A stretch of DNA of 64,000 nucleotides from Escherichia phage ph0011, in the sequence record OP557969.1, one strand, 5' to 3'. Shown one piece after another: positions 24,985 to 34,525 of this stretch (within the stretch, counting starts at the first letter, position 1; each line of letters begins with the position of its first letter). The position numbers were made by a program, and so were the translations under genes. A model generated the notes under the pieces. It saw nothing but the letters and a program-made list of their open reading frames with translations, made no database searches and was not told the DNA's origin.

Positions 24985-25175
24985 TAATTTTAACTAAAGA
25001 AGAATATCAATCACTGTTACGTAAAAACTACGTAAAGATTTACAATACAGACACACACGTAGAACGAATGGAGTTATACCTTTTGATTACATTGGGAACT
25101 AACTATCAGGAAAGATGGGTGATTCAATATATGGATACATTGAAAAATAAAATATTGTCCACGAGGAAACAATGA
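24981..25175 (+). CDS. FamB small protein
   Basis: LGTNYQERWV; ATGA overlap. Confidence 0.55.
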   Translation: MIILTKEEYQSLLRKNYVKIYNTDTHVERMELYLLITLGTNYQERWVIQYMDTLKNKILSTRKQ

Positions 25176-25381
25176 AAACTATAACACGAACCAAATCATT
25201 AGGTCTTATCTTGAAATACATGGACTTAATGGTGGATATCAGCAAAGACCTTCCTAAAACTGCAATTGAAGTTGCAAGAGCAGAGTACCGTCTATTAGCA
25301 GTACTGAATACTAACTACCAGGATGAATATGTTGACGATTGGATTCTATCATTAAAAAAAGATATAAAGAGTAAACTATGA
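25172..25381 (+). CDS. FamB small protein
   Basis: LNTNYQDEYV; ATGA overlap. Confidence 0.55.
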   Translation: MKTITRTKSLGLILKYMDLMVDISKDLPKTAIEVARAEYRLLAVLNTNYQDEYVDDWILSLKKDIKSKL

Positions 25382-25590
25382 TTTTTTTAACGCCAGAAGA
25401 ATATAAGAAACGTTTCAATTCTGTCCAGATTGACATTTTACTTATATACAATTCAAATGCAGACCTTGGCTTATCAAGGGTATTAGAAAAAGATTTACTT
25501 ATGGGTGCATTTTTGGATACAGACTTTCAGGTGTATTATGTAGGGGAATACTTAATTGCACTTCAGAATTACATTAAGAGTAAACTATGA
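25378..25590 (+). CDS. FamB small protein
   Basis: LDTDFQVYYV; C-term YIKSKL; ATGA overlap. Confidence 0.55.
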   Translation: MIFLTPEEYKKRFNSVQIDILLIYNSNADLGLSRVLEKDLLMGAFLDTDFQVYYVGEYLIALQNYIKSKL

Positions 25591-25799
25591 ATAGCATTAA
25601 CTCAAATCAATATACCGAACGCGTCGCTGCAAGGCAACTTGAAATCCTCATATTATATGAAGAGGCTGATGATTTGAACTTAGCATCAGTATTGGAAAAT
25701 GAAATACTATTGGGTGCATTCCTTGGTACTGACTATCAGGAGCATTTCTTGAATGAGTATATAGTTGCCCTCCAGAAATACATTAAGAGCAAACTATGA
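25587..25799 (+). CDS. FamB small protein
   Basis: LGTDYQEHFL; close paralog of 25378; ATGA overlap. Confidence 0.55.
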   Translation: MNSINSNQYTERVAARQLEILILYEEADDLNLASVLENEILLGAFLGTDYQEHFLNEYIVALQKYIKSKL

Positions 25800-26014
25800 A
25801 ACATTTAAGTAATTACGAGAAGAATAAAATTATCGTTGCTGCAATAAACAAATATTTTACACTTCCTCACACAGAAGGTTTATGTGTAAGGGAACACAGG
25901 ATAAACACCACCGATATACGCATGATGGCTGTACTGGGGACTAACTTTCAGGAAGAGTATGTTGTTGCACACATAGTTGCCCTCACTGATTTAATAAGGG
26001 ACAAATGCAAATGA
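25796..26014 (+). CDS. FamB small protein
   Basis: LGTNFQEEYV; ATGA overlap. Confidence 0.55.
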   Translation: MKHLSNYEKNKIIVAAINKYFTLPHTEGLCVREHRINTTDIRMMAVLGTNFQEEYVVAHIVALTDLIRDKCK

Positions 26015-26229
26015 AAGACATAAACACTCAAGAATATCTTAAACGATTAGAACAAGGGAAGAACTTTAGACTTCAAGTTTACGATGATGAATCACTAACA
26101 TCCAATGAAAAGTATGTTTTACTAACAGACTCATCATTAATACCATTTGTGGGAACGAACTATCAGGAGGTTATGGTAGACAACCACATCACGGCCTTAA
26201 AATGTTATGTCAGGGATTTAGGTAAATGA
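26011..26229 (+). CDS. FamB small protein
   Basis: VGTNYQEVMV; start set at ATGA overlap. Confidence 0.5.
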   Translation: MKDINTQEYLKRLEQGKNFRLQVYDDESLTSNEKYVLLTDSSLIPFVGTNYQEVMVDNHITALKCYVRDLGK

Positions 26230-26483
26230 AACACTTAACACTGGATGAATATGAAACTATAGTTCGTAAACTAACCCCTATAGCAAGGATAGTCTACGAT
26301 GACCCCAGCCTTACATGGAACCAAATGCGAGCTAAAGTTAATGAGCTATGGTTGTTGTACTTTATGGGGACTCAATATCAAGAGAAATATTGTACCGAGT
26401 ATATTGAACAACTAATGAATGTTATACAGGATAAACTAGATGATTATTGGCTCACAAAGCATGAAGATTTTATCAGGGGTTGA
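26226..26483 (+). CDS. FamB small protein
   Basis: MGTQYQEKYC; ATGA overlap. Confidence 0.55.
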   Translation: MKHLTLDEYETIVRKLTPIARIVYDDPSLTWNQMRAKVNELWLLYFMGTQYQEKYCTEYIEQLMNVIQDKLDDYWLTKHEDFIRG

Positions 26484-26727
26484 GTATCAGACTGCCCTCT
26501 TCTCTCTTCTAAACACCCTCCGCACGAACAATAAACTTTATAATTCCAGTACTGCTGATATTGTCAACGCTGATGTATATCTTAATAAATTTATAGGGAC
26601 TAACTATCAAGAACTGTTTGTTTTACGATATATCTCTACATTAAGAAACGAAATATCAGATAAAACCCGTCAAGCCAGAAGAGAATGGAAGAATGCGACA
26701 AAGACTAAATCACAAAATGTATTGTAA
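26461..26727 (+). CDS. FamB small protein
   Basis: IGTNYQELFV; start at internal MKILSGVEY. Confidence 0.5.
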   Translation: MKILSGVEYQTALFSLLNTLRTNNKLYNSSTADIVNADVYLNKFIGTNYQELFVLRYISTLRNEISDKTRQARREWKNATKTKSQNVL

Positions 26728-26944
26728 ACTATTACAGGAACTGGCACAGAAACACTATGATACAATATCTTCCATATTACCCTATGATATCATGCGTTTA
26801 ATTCATAGTGAGGCAGAGATGTTAGTACTGATGACCGGTACTGATAAAATAGCAATCACCAGATCGATAGAGCAATATATTGATGCACACTGTCAATGTA
26901 TTAGAACTGAGATATGGAGGCGAGTAAATGAAAGTACTGAATGA
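26693..26944 (+). CDS. FamB-like small protein (divergent)
   Basis: MTGTDKIAIT in motif position; start uncertain. Confidence 0.4.
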   Translation: MRQRLNHKMYCKLLQELAQKHYDTISSILPYDIMRLIHSEAEMLVLMTGTDKIAITRSIEQYIDAHCQCIRTEIWRRVNESTE

Positions 26945-27143
26945 GTTTCAGTATCATTGGAGGTTACAAGCAATAAGAGGGAAAGTTGTTAGTATTTCTT
27001 TAGACAAGTCTATTGCACAAGAGGACAAATGTGTTATAATAGCTGAAATGAAGTTGGGTGCTTTCGTAGGGACAAACTATCAAAACATCTACACAGACGT
27101 ATTATTAAGTGCCTTACGCAACAAGGTGTTATCCAGAGAATGA
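26928..27143 (+). CDS. FamB small protein
   Basis: VGTNYQNIYT. Confidence 0.55.
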   Translation: MKVLNEFQYHWRLQAIRGKVVSISLDKSIAQEDKCVIIAEMKLGAFVGTNYQNIYTDVLLSALRNKVLSRE

Positions 27144-27358
27144 GAAAATTAATAGGTTACGAATATGTTAAGCTTCTGAAAACCTGTAGTAGTAGCAGGG
27201 TAAAGATTCAATCTGATAAGAGCATCCCTGCCAACCTAAAACATGTAATGATAGCTGAACTCTATGCAGGGGCACTCATAGGGACAAACTATCAACAAAT
27301 GTATATAGACATGTGGGTTGATGCATTAGTCAAGGAGATCCGAAGTAAATGCAAATGA
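27140..27358 (+). CDS. FamB small protein
   Basis: IGTNYQQMYI; ATGA overlap. Confidence 0.55.
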   Translation: MRKLIGYEYVKLLKTCSSSRVKIQSDKSIPANLKHVMIAELYAGALIGTNYQQMYIDMWVDALVKEIRSKCK

Positions 27359-27567
27359 TTAATTTAAGTAAAGATGAATATTATGTTCGTCTTGCAAAAA
27401 CTTATCCAGCACGTAACGCCGTTTATAATAGTAACATTATTGAACGCTCAAAGAAGTTGATCGTAGTAAATGAGATTAAGATGCTTTCAGTCTTAGGAAC
27501 AAACTATCAAGAGAAAGCTGTACTGTTGTTAATTGATGCCCTCAAGAGAGAGATACAAAGTAAATGA
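27355..27567 (+). CDS. FamB small protein
   Basis: LGTNYQEKAV; start at ATGA overlap. Confidence 0.5.
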   Translation: MINLSKDEYYVRLAKTYPARNAVYNSNIIERSKKLIVVNEIKMLSVLGTNYQEKAVLLLIDALKREIQSK

Positions 27568-27800
27568 TTCATTTATCTTACCATGAATATCAAAAACGTT
27601 TAAATGCATCAAGGAATATAAGGATTCAAATCTTCAATAATAAAAGATTGAAATCTGAAGCCAAAAAAATCAAAATGATAGAAGCAGAGTTATGCAACTT
27701 CCTGGGGACGAACTATCAGGATGATAAGGTAACAAACTATCTTAGAGAACTAATGATTAGTATCAAGAGTAAATGCAATGCTTTGGAGAATAAAAAATGA
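27564..27800 (+). CDS. FamB small protein
   Basis: LGTNYQDDKV; ATGA overlap. Confidence 0.55.
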   Translation: MIHLSYHEYQKRLNASRNIRIQIFNNKRLKSEAKKIKMIEAELCNFLGTNYQDDKVTNYLRELMISIKSKCNALENKK

Positions 27801-28054
27801 TCAATTTAAGTAAAGATGAATATACCGAGCGTATGACAAAAATTACGCACAAACGTAATACAATCTATCACAACCAAGAAATTCAACACAGTAAGAAAAT
27901 GATCATGATGCGTGAGTTAAAGATGGGTGTATTCTTGGGAACAAACTATCAAGAGCCAGAAGTAAATCGCTTAATTGCTGAGTTACTAATGGAAATCAAA
28001 GGTAAGCTGTACTTTTATCAAATGACCCAACCACTGAGGTGTACTGAACGATGA
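27797..28054 (+). CDS. FamB small protein
   Basis: LGTNYQEPEV; ATGA overlap. Confidence 0.55.
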   Translation: MINLSKDEYTERMTKITHKRNTIYHNQEIQHSKKMIMMRELKMGVFLGTNYQEPEVNRLIAELLMEIKGKLYFYQMTQPLRCTER

Positions 28055-28311
28055 GTACTATGAGTACTATGAATAAAATTAATAACATCAGATTATCAGA
28101 AAGATTTGATAGAATTGGTGAAGCCAGTAGAAGATACAATAGGGAATATGGTCATTTAAGCTTTTCTTTGGAAAAGAGATATGAACTTGAAGCAGAGTTT
28201 AAAATGCAGAGTCTCTTAGGTACACAGTACCAAGATCATTATGTAGAAAATTGGATTTCACTTCTAATCCAATCAATTTATGTAAGGAGTATTAAATGCA
28301 AAATGGAATGA
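28051..28311 (+). CDS. FamB small protein
   Basis: LGTQYQDHYV; ATGA overlap. Confidence 0.55.
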   Translation: MSTMSTMNKINNIRLSERFDRIGEASRRYNREYGHLSFSLEKRYELEAEFKMQSLLGTQYQDHYVENWISLLIQSIYVRSIKCKME

Positions 28312-28526
28312 TATACTTAACCAACGAAGAATTTCAAGAAAAAATGATTAAATCAGGTAAGATTACTCTTGAACATATACCAAATCAATCAGTATATGAA
28401 GTAGCAGCGAATGTATTGTTTCAGAAGCTACCTTACTTTCTGGGAACAGATAAACAAGAATTTTTGGTACAAAATATGATTGAGCATCTTCTAATGAGTA
28501 TTAGGGAAAAAGTAAATGCAACATGA
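28296..28526 (+). CDS. FamB small protein (LGTDKQ variant)
   Basis: FLGTDKQEFLV. Confidence 0.5.
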   Translation: MQNGMIYLTNEEFQEKMIKSGKITLEHIPNQSVYEVAANVLFQKLPYFLGTDKQEFLVQNMIEHLLMSIREKVNAT

Positions 28527-28776
28527 AATTATATACTTAACACATGATGAGTTAAAAGAAAGACTAGATAAATCCAAAAGACTTACAAATCAACTTCCTC
28601 ACAACCCAAACCAAACCCCAGCGGAAAGGAGTGCAGAAGTTTTATTCCAGTCTTTGTCATACCTTCTTGGAACTGATAGGCAGGAGTATCACGTTGAACG
28701 TATAATTAAATATCTTAAAATTACTATTCAGGAAAAGATATATGAACATCAATATAAAAATCTTGACGGTCAATGA
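28516..28776 (+). CDS. FamB small protein (LGTDRQ variant)
   Basis: LLGTDRQEYHV; close paralog of 28296. Confidence 0.5.
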   Translation: MQHEIIYLTHDELKERLDKSKRLTNQLPHNPNQTPAERSAEVLFQSLSYLLGTDRQEYHVERIIKYLKITIQEKIYEHQYKNLDGQ

Positions 28777-28993
28777 ATATCATAATATTATAATGAAGAC
28801 TAATAGTGCAATTTCTAAAAAATCAAATCCAAAATACATACTGGAGCACACATTTGAAGAACGTCAATTAGCTTTAGTTGAAGCAAAACTTCTTGCACTC
28901 CTAGGAACAAACTATCAAGAAGAGTACGTTAGAAAACTAATATACCTTTTAACTAAACACATCAGGAAAAGAAATGCAGTACTTGACCGATGA
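28742..28993 (+). CDS. FamB small protein
   Basis: LGTNYQEEYV. Confidence 0.5.
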   Translation: MNINIKILTVNEYHNIIMKTNSAISKKSNPKYILEHTFEERQLALVEAKLLALLGTNYQEEYVRKLIYLLTKHIRKRNAVLDR

Positions 28994-29183
28994 CGAATAC
29001 GGTGTTATCATCCTTGATGTTATCAATAAAGAATACCACAGGAAACAACGTTACGCTTGTTATGAAGATAAGCAGCTTTCTATAGCTGAACAACAATTAG
29101 TTCATTTATTAGGAACAAACTATCAAGAACAATGCACTGAACGTTACCTGTATCTTCTGTCGAGGAAAGCACAAAGATTATGA
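28974..29183 (+). CDS. FamB small protein
   Basis: LGTNYQEQCT. Confidence 0.5.
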   Translation: MQYLTDDEYGVIILDVINKEYHRKQRYACYEDKQLSIAEQQLVHLLGTNYQEQCTERYLYLLSRKAQRL

Positions 29184-29395
29184 AAATTTTAAGCCACAGT
29201 GAACAAACAGAATTGTTAATCTTTAATACAAGTAAATTCTTAAACATAACATTGTCTGATATAGATGAGGATGAAAAAGAGTTACTTAGAGCAGATTTAA
29301 GAGTTCTTTTATATATTGGAACTAACTTCCAAGAGCAATTCGTCGAGGACTACATCGATGAACTAAAGTCTGCTATCCAACGGAAATACAAATGA
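29180..29395 (+). CDS. FamB small protein
   Basis: IGTNFQEQFV; ATGA overlap. Confidence 0.55.
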   Translation: MKILSHSEQTELLIFNTSKFLNITLSDIDEDEKELLRADLRVLLYIGTNFQEQFVEDYIDELKSAIQRKYK

Positions 29396-29628
29396 AAATT
29401 CTTTCAAGTTCTGAATACCACGAACTATTAAGTAGTTTAATTCTAAAGTTGTTTATAACAAAAAGCACAAAATTACCGGATGAAGAAGTACGTGTTCTAG
29501 TAAGTGAAGTATATGTTAAAGCTACTCTAGGAACTAATTATCAAGAATGTAATATTAATGATTATATCAATGATCTAAAAAGGTATATACAAAACAAATG
29601 CGAATCATTACCGAAGAAGAATACCTAA
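29392..29628 (+). CDS. FamB small protein
   Basis: LGTNYQECNI; ATGA overlap. Confidence 0.55.
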   Translation: MKILSSSEYHELLSSLILKLFITKSTKLPDEEVRVLVSEVYVKATLGTNYQECNINDYINDLKRYIQNKCESLPKKNT

Positions 29629-29834
29629 CAATCATAAATGGACTATTTTTGAAGTTATTTGCCATTAACACATCAAAAATACCAGATACTGATAAAATTA
29701 TTAAGTTAAATGAAATCTACGTTCAAGCTACTCTAGGAACTAACTATCAAGATGCCAATATGTATAATTACATTAATACACTCAAAAGGGTAATAAAATT
29801 AAAATGTACAAACAGCCAATACACAAACCTCTAG
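29598..29834 (+). CDS. FamB small protein
   Basis: LGTNYQDANM; close paralog of 29392. Confidence 0.5.
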   Translation: MRIITEEEYLTIINGLFLKLFAINTSKIPDTDKIIKLNEIYVQATLGTNYQDANMYNYINTLKRVIKLKCTNSQYTNL

Positions 29835-30034
29835 GAACAGCAGAATACATTGAACTAATGGCAGCAAACTTCTCATCCTTTCAGAAACTGATGCAAGAAT
29901 CAAATAATGATTTAGAATATCATATCAAAAGTTCAGATTTAAGATTGCTACTCACTCTAGGAACAGACAGTCAGTACCAATTCGTACAGGAACATATTAG
30001 AGCACTTTTAAATGGCATCAGGGATAAACTATGA
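29804..30034 (+). CDS. FamB small protein
   Basis: LGTDSQYQFV. Confidence 0.5.
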   Translation: MYKQPIHKPLGTAEYIELMAANFSSFQKLMQESNNDLEYHIKSSDLRLLLTLGTDSQYQFVQEHIRALLNGIRDKL

Positions 30035-30246
30035 AGGTAATATCAAACCAAGAGTACTTGGCACTATTCAGAAAAAATAGTCAAGAATTTCTGAATATTG
30101 ATATGAGGACTGATATAAGTGAACTTCAGAAAAATCTTTTGCGTTCAGAGATGATAGTACTGACACTCTTAGGAACACAGCATCAAGAGAGAACTGTTGA
30201 TTCATATATTGAGATTCTTAAGAAGCTTATACAGGAAAAACTATGA
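30031..30246 (+). CDS. FamB small protein
   Basis: LGTQHQERTV; ATGA overlap. Confidence 0.55.
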   Translation: MKVISNQEYLALFRKNSQEFLNIDMRTDISELQKNLLRSEMIVLTLLGTQHQERTVDSYIEILKKLIQEKL

Positions 30247-30464
30247 GAATCATAACACAAACAGACATATTTAAGTTAGCAAGGGAACATACATCTGAAA
30301 TTGATGCTATAGTATCAAAAAGTTACAATGACCCTTATACACAAGATGTACACTACAATGAATTATGGGTGTATATACTTTTAGGTACAAATTATCAAGA
30401 GTACGCATTACAGAAGTATTTGTTAGCTTTACGTGATGCTACTGCTAATGGAGTGATTGTTTAA
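30243..30464 (+). CDS. FamB small protein
   Basis: LGTNYQEYAL; ATGA overlap. Confidence 0.55.
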   Translation: MRIITQTDIFKLAREHTSEIDAIVSKSYNDPYTQDVHYNELWVYILLGTNYQEYALQKYLLALRDATANGVIV

Positions 30465-30465
30465 T

Positions 30466-30708
30466 ATGAAAGTACTATCTGAATTACAAATGGGACAGAG
30501 ATTTAATAAGTACTATCATTTACTGAAACCTATACAGAGGATTAAATGTTCTTATGATGAGAAACAGGTTTTAATTTATGAGCACAAGTTCTTTGTATCA
30601 TTAGGTACGAATCATCAAGAGTACTATTTGAAGTTGTACTTGATTACATTAATAGATTTAATTCACTATAAAACCAAACAAGCTAATAAAGAGAAATATG
30701 AAAACTAA
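30466..30708 (+). CDS. FamB small protein
   Basis: LGTNHQEYYL; start at MKVLSELQ after upstream stop. Confidence 0.5.
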   Translation: MKVLSELQMGQRFNKYYHLLKPIQRIKCSYDEKQVLIYEHKFFVSLGTNHQEYYLKLYLITLIDLIHYKTKQANKEKYEN

Positions 30709-31042
30709 TATACAACTCAAGGTGTATAAATCCTATGAACATATATATATCAAAAGTAGTCTATGTAGAGATGTAATGGACTACAAGGGTAAGCCATTCA
30801 CAATTACGTATGATTCTTATATTAATGATTTATATATATCATTTGTTAATTACGAAAATAAAATATACAAGCACGTTGATATTAAAGATTTAAGTACTTT
30901 ATCTGAAGAGGAATACTTTCAAGAATCATTAGTATGGGATTTAGAATTTCCTATGCCATTAGTACATAAAATGATAGTACTAATGAAAGAAGCTAAACAG
31001 AAGCCTAATGGTGATTATGAAGAACACATCGTTGAGTATTAA
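30698..31042 (+). CDS. FamC protein (short form)
   Basis: Motif SEEEYFQESLVWD; embedded at end of FamB array. Confidence 0.55.
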   Translation: MKTNIQLKVYKSYEHIYIKSSLCRDVMDYKGKPFTITYDSYINDLYISFVNYENKIYKHVDIKDLSTLSEEEYFQESLVWDLEFPMPLVHKMIVLMKEAKQKPNGDYEEHIVEY

Positions 31043-31258
31043 ATGAAAAGATTATCATACAAAGATTACACCAATCTTATCAGGACTTTACAACCAGAAA
31101 TTAGAAGAATTAATTCTCTTCCTATATCTAATGAAGAATGTTCAGTACTGAAAGATGAGTTAATCTTAAAACACACAGTAGGAACAAACTATCAAGCTGA
31201 TAGTGTTCGATATTTAATTTGGGGGTTGATGTGTCAAATAAAGTCCAAGTGCTATTGA
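31043..31258 (+). CDS. FamB small protein
   Basis: VGTNYQADSV; starts immediately after FamC ORF stop. Confidence 0.55.
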   Translation: MKRLSYKDYTNLIRTLQPEIRRINSLPISNEECSVLKDELILKHTVGTNYQADSVRYLIWGLMCQIKSKCY

Positions 31259-31322
31259 CAGTACTTGACGGAGCTTTTCATTACTGATATAGTACACTAA
31301 CGTTAATCATAGGGTAGAAATT

Positions 31323-31568
31323 ATGTTAAAATTTTTAAATTTCCTTATCGTCTTGTGTATTGTTCTTGGGATTGCACCGTTTGTACTGGTGTATATGGAT
31401 TCAGATGAAATGCAAAAGATGAATTGCACAAGGACAGGACAGAGTAGAGAAGAGACGATTCTTATGCCTGTTACGGTTATTGTTAACAACATGCCCATTA
31501 CAAACATGGTCCCTACCCTAACGACAACGTACCAGTACTCTTGTACAGACGGGGAGAGGTGGAGATAA
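31323..31568 (+). CDS. small membrane protein (81 aa)
   Basis: N-terminal hydrophobic helix LNFLIVLCIVLGIAPFVLVYM; RBS TAGGGTAGAAATT. Confidence 0.5.
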   Translation: MLKFLNFLIVLCIVLGIAPFVLVYMDSDEMQKMNCTRTGQSREETILMPVTVIVNNMPITNMVPTLTTTYQYSCTDGERWR

Positions 31569-31891
31569 TGCGTAAGTTCAATTGTATTGTACGTAAGAAT
31601 TCATGTTATATTGTAGTAGCTGATTTTAATACAGGTTCTGGGTTGAAGATATTTGAGTACAGAAAATGTAATAATTCTTTTCATTGGAAATTAGGTGCAA
31701 GAAAAACAAAAACAATTTCAGTACCGAATTTATGTTCTATCTCTGAAGAAGAAGAGTTTCAGTACATGTTAGTACATGATGTTTCTTTAGGATTTACATT
31801 TGGAGATATGAAGGAAGTACAAAAGCAGATGATTGCACATTGTCATCTTCCAAAGAATTTTGTTCAACACGTATGTGAATTCCACATATAA
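31568..31891 (+). CDS. FamC-like protein
   Basis: SEEEEFQYMLVHD; start at MRKFN after RBS GAGGTGGAG. Confidence 0.5.
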   Translation: MRKFNCIVRKNSCYIVVADFNTGSGLKIFEYRKCNNSFHWKLGARKTKTISVPNLCSISEEEEFQYMLVHDVSLGFTFGDMKEVQKQMIAHCHLPKNFVQHVCEFHI

Positions 31892-31900
31892 GAGAATAAT

Positions 31901-32212
31901 ATGAAATTTAATATAGCAAAAACATCGAGTATATGTATTTTTGGTTATGCAGAAGAGTTAGGTGATATTGACATTCTTTTGTACAAAAAGGATGGTGTTA
32001 TGCATTTCAAGTACCAAGATGAAGAGGCAGACAATTATCCTTTACCTAATTTAGTACAAATACAGGAAGAGGAATTATTCCAGTACAGTTTAGTATACGA
32101 CATTGATATTTGCACGATGCCAGTATTAATTAATATACAAAAAGTGATGCTCGATATGTATGATAAGCTAATACAAGGTATGTCAGGGAGGATCATTGAA
32201 ATCGATATATAA
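31901..32212 (+). CDS. FamC protein
   Basis: QEEELFQYSLVYD. Confidence 0.55.
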   Translation: MKFNIAKTSSICIFGYAEELGDIDILLYKKDGVMHFKYQDEEADNYPLPNLVQIQEEELFQYSLVYDIDICTMPVLINIQKVMLDMYDKLIQGMSGRIIEIDI

Positions 32213-32408
32213 GAATTTACCTAATGCATATATGTTGAAGTACAAAGAGTTTATTAAAGATGTATATGTAGATCCTTTCAATATAAAATTATCAGAGTTC
32301 GATGTATTATTTTATCTAGGGACAATAGTACAGGACCAATACGTTAATAATCTAATAAGGTGTTTGAAAAAGGAGATACAATGCAGACCCAAATGTACAA
32401 AAAAATAA
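32196..32408 (+). CDS. FamB-like small protein (variant)
   Basis: FYLGTIVQDQYV. Confidence 0.45.
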   Translation: MKSIYKNLPNAYMLKYKEFIKDVYVDPFNIKLSEFDVLFYLGTIVQDQYVNNLIRCLKKEIQCRPKCTKK

Positions 32409-32644
32409 ACCGTTATTTGTATGCATCAAAGTACAGGGATTTTTGTTTACAAGGAGGTGAGGACGATTTCGGTCTGAGGTTATCGGAATTTAATATGTTA
32501 TTTTATCTTGGTACATCCGTACAAGAAGAAATGGTTCAGAAATTTCTCAATAACCTTGTACAAAAAATTAATATTCAAATTATGATGCATAAATTACAGA
32601 ATGAGATAAATGAATATGAATCTAGAAATAGTTCAGGATCTTAA
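32381..32644 (+). CDS. FamB-like small protein (variant)
   Basis: FYLGTSVQEEMV; start at MQTQMYKK after RBS AAGGAG. Confidence 0.45.
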   Translation: MQTQMYKKINRYLYASKYRDFCLQGGEDDFGLRLSEFNMLFYLGTSVQEEMVQKFLNNLVQKINIQIMMHKLQNEINEYESRNSSGS

Positions 32645-33005
32645 AAAAGTAATATTTCTTTTGAATACAAGAAGCTCTTTATATAAGGAGTTCAAAGATA
32701 AGGATAGTTCTTTTAAACCAGTATGTATAGAATTCAATGATTTAATTACAGATGCATTGTTTGAATTTTCCGAGAAATATCAAGATACAGTGTTTGGTGT
32801 TAGGAATGCTATTCATCCAATTACAGGCACAAGGAAGATAACGTTATCTCATTTTACATTTGACAATAAAGATTTATTCAGTTATAATCCCAGTACATCT
32901 TTATATTTTATTCCAAAAGGAGACAAGAATAGTCCGATTCATTACGGATGGATTATATCTTATGTAGTGCAAGGAAAGGAGTATCCTATCAAATGGCACG
33001 ATTAG
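32610..33005 (+). CDS. hypothetical protein (131 aa)
   Basis: ORF overlapping upstream stop; no family motif. Confidence 0.45.
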   Translation: MNMNLEIVQDLKKVIFLLNTRSSLYKEFKDKDSSFKPVCIEFNDLITDALFEFSEKYQDTVFGVRNAIHPITGTRKITLSHFTFDNKDLFSYNPSTSLYFIPKGDKNSPIHYGWIISYVVQGKEYPIKWHD

Positions 33006-33145
33006 GACAGGAAGATTATAGTTTAAATATATTATTAAGAAATATTAATGCGGATTATTGTGTATGGGTTAAGAATCGAGACATGATGTATTATGATTTT
33101 TATTTAGATTATGCCATCAAACGCTTTTTAAGAGAAGAATATTAA
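32993..33145 (+). CDS. micro-protein (50 aa)
   Basis: Start at MARLGQEDY with RBS AAGGAG about 10 nt upstream. Confidence 0.35.
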   Translation: MARLGQEDYSLNILLRNINADYCVWVKNRDMMYYDFYLDYAIKRFLREEY

Positions 33146-33321
33146 TGAAAGTGGTTAATACAAAAGCAATAAATGATTTAAATGATTCTTTATTAGTAAG
33201 TATTAAGTTGTATTATAATATTCATTTAAAGGGTGGTATTAACGATTTTAGTTATTACTTAAGTGCAATATCACAAGAGCATTTAAATTATCAAGATCAT
33301 TTATTACATCCAAATCATTAA
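33145..33321 (+). CDS. micro-protein (about 58 aa)
   Basis: ATG overlapping upstream stop; hand-read, frame not verified. Confidence 0.25.
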   Translation: MKVVNTKAINDLNDSLLVSIKLYYNIHLKGGINDFSYYLSAISQEHLNYQDHLLHPNH

Positions 33322-33329
33322 GGCAAATT

Positions 33330-33890
33330 ATGAATGAGATAGAGTTATTATCACACAAGATTAGTACAATAGCTACAGTACTGAACAACAAAAATAAAGT
33401 ACATAGTTCCTTTTTAAGAATTAATAAAGTTGGTAGTAGTTTATATTTGGAAGTAAAAGCGGGTTTTGCAGGACAGTACAATGATAAAATCAAAGAAGAA
33501 GTTAAGGGAAATGAAGATGCTTTCATTGAGGTTTGTGCAACAGTTGGTTCAAATCCAATTTCAGTATCACCGTTAATGCGAAATGAAAATTCAGAATTTG
33601 ATTCCAGTTTCGAAGGTTATTTGTGGTACAATTATGGTGATAATTATTTTATATATCAGAATTCCAAAACGAATTATAGTGAAGAAGGTATAAAATTCAT
33701 TGATCCTTACAATGAAGCAGAAGTATTTCAGAAATCCCTAATATACAATACAAATCAAATGAAGTATCTTATGTTGTTTAGTACAATGCATTTGAATCCA
33801 TTGAAAGATAATTTAAAATTTTTCATTCGTTTAGAATTAGTTGATATTACTTATGATCTTTTAATCCAAGGAAGTAGTTATGAAGTATAA
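33330..33890 (+). CDS. FamC protein
   Basis: NEAEVFQKSLIYN. Confidence 0.55.
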   Translation: MNEIELLSHKISTIATVLNNKNKVHSSFLRINKVGSSLYLEVKAGFAGQYNDKIKEEVKGNEDAFIEVCATVGSNPISVSPLMRNENSEFDSSFEGYLWYNYGDNYFIYQNSKTNYSEEGIKFIDPYNEAEVFQKSLIYNTNQMKYLMLFSTMHLNPLKDNLKFFIRLELVDITYDLLIQGSSYEV

Positions 33891-34194
33891 AATGATGTAT
33901 ACACCATCATTAGTATATGTAGAATTAGAATCAAATGATAATGGGTGGAATTTCATTAAACATATCGATACCAATACATGGTACATGGCTCACTTGGATA
34001 ATAATGTGGTATCAGACCATTTTATGGATTTCAATATCTTAGATGAAGATGAATTTTTCCAAATGCAATTGGTGCTTGACACAAATGGTTTTGATATGGT
34101 ATTATTAAAGAATATACAGAAAGCTGTTGATGAATTAATAGCTGAACATAATTTGAGCGAAATAAGGATTAGTTATGACCTCGAAGTACTGTGA
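33880..34194 (+). CDS. FamC protein (short)
   Basis: DEDEFFQMQLVLD. Confidence 0.5.
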   Translation: MKYKMMYTPSLVYVELESNDNGWNFIKHIDTNTWYMAHLDNNVVSDHFMDFNILDEDEFFQMQLVLDTNGFDMVLLKNIQKAVDELIAEHNLSEIRISYDLEVL

Positions 34195-34525
34195 GTTTGA
34201 AATTAATAAGTTAAGAGAATGGTTTTATAATATTGAAATTGAGGCCATTCCTTATCATACATATGAACAAAGTGATTTACAATGTATTGATATTAGGGAG
34301 TTGTACAAATATTATCAAAGTGCGTTAGAGATGCATAAATTATTTTTGAGTACGGATTTCTTTATGCAGTATAATTTTGAGGAATATAATAATTATAACT
34401 TAGTACAGAAATACGTAGTAGCAAAGTACATGTACATTCAAGGTATTAAAGGTTGTATTGAATTCAATACTGTTCTTGCTTTAGTTGAGGTAATTTTATG
34501 TACAGCATGTGCATATCTAATTTAG
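34175..34525 (+). CDS. hypothetical protein (116 aa)
   Basis: ORF in array context; no FQ motif recognised. Confidence 0.45.
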   Translation: MTSKYCEFEINKLREWFYNIEIEAIPYHTYEQSDLQCIDIRELYKYYQSALEMHKLFLSTDFFMQYNFEEYNNYNLVQKYVVAKYMYIQGIKGCIEFNTVLALVEVILCTACAYLI

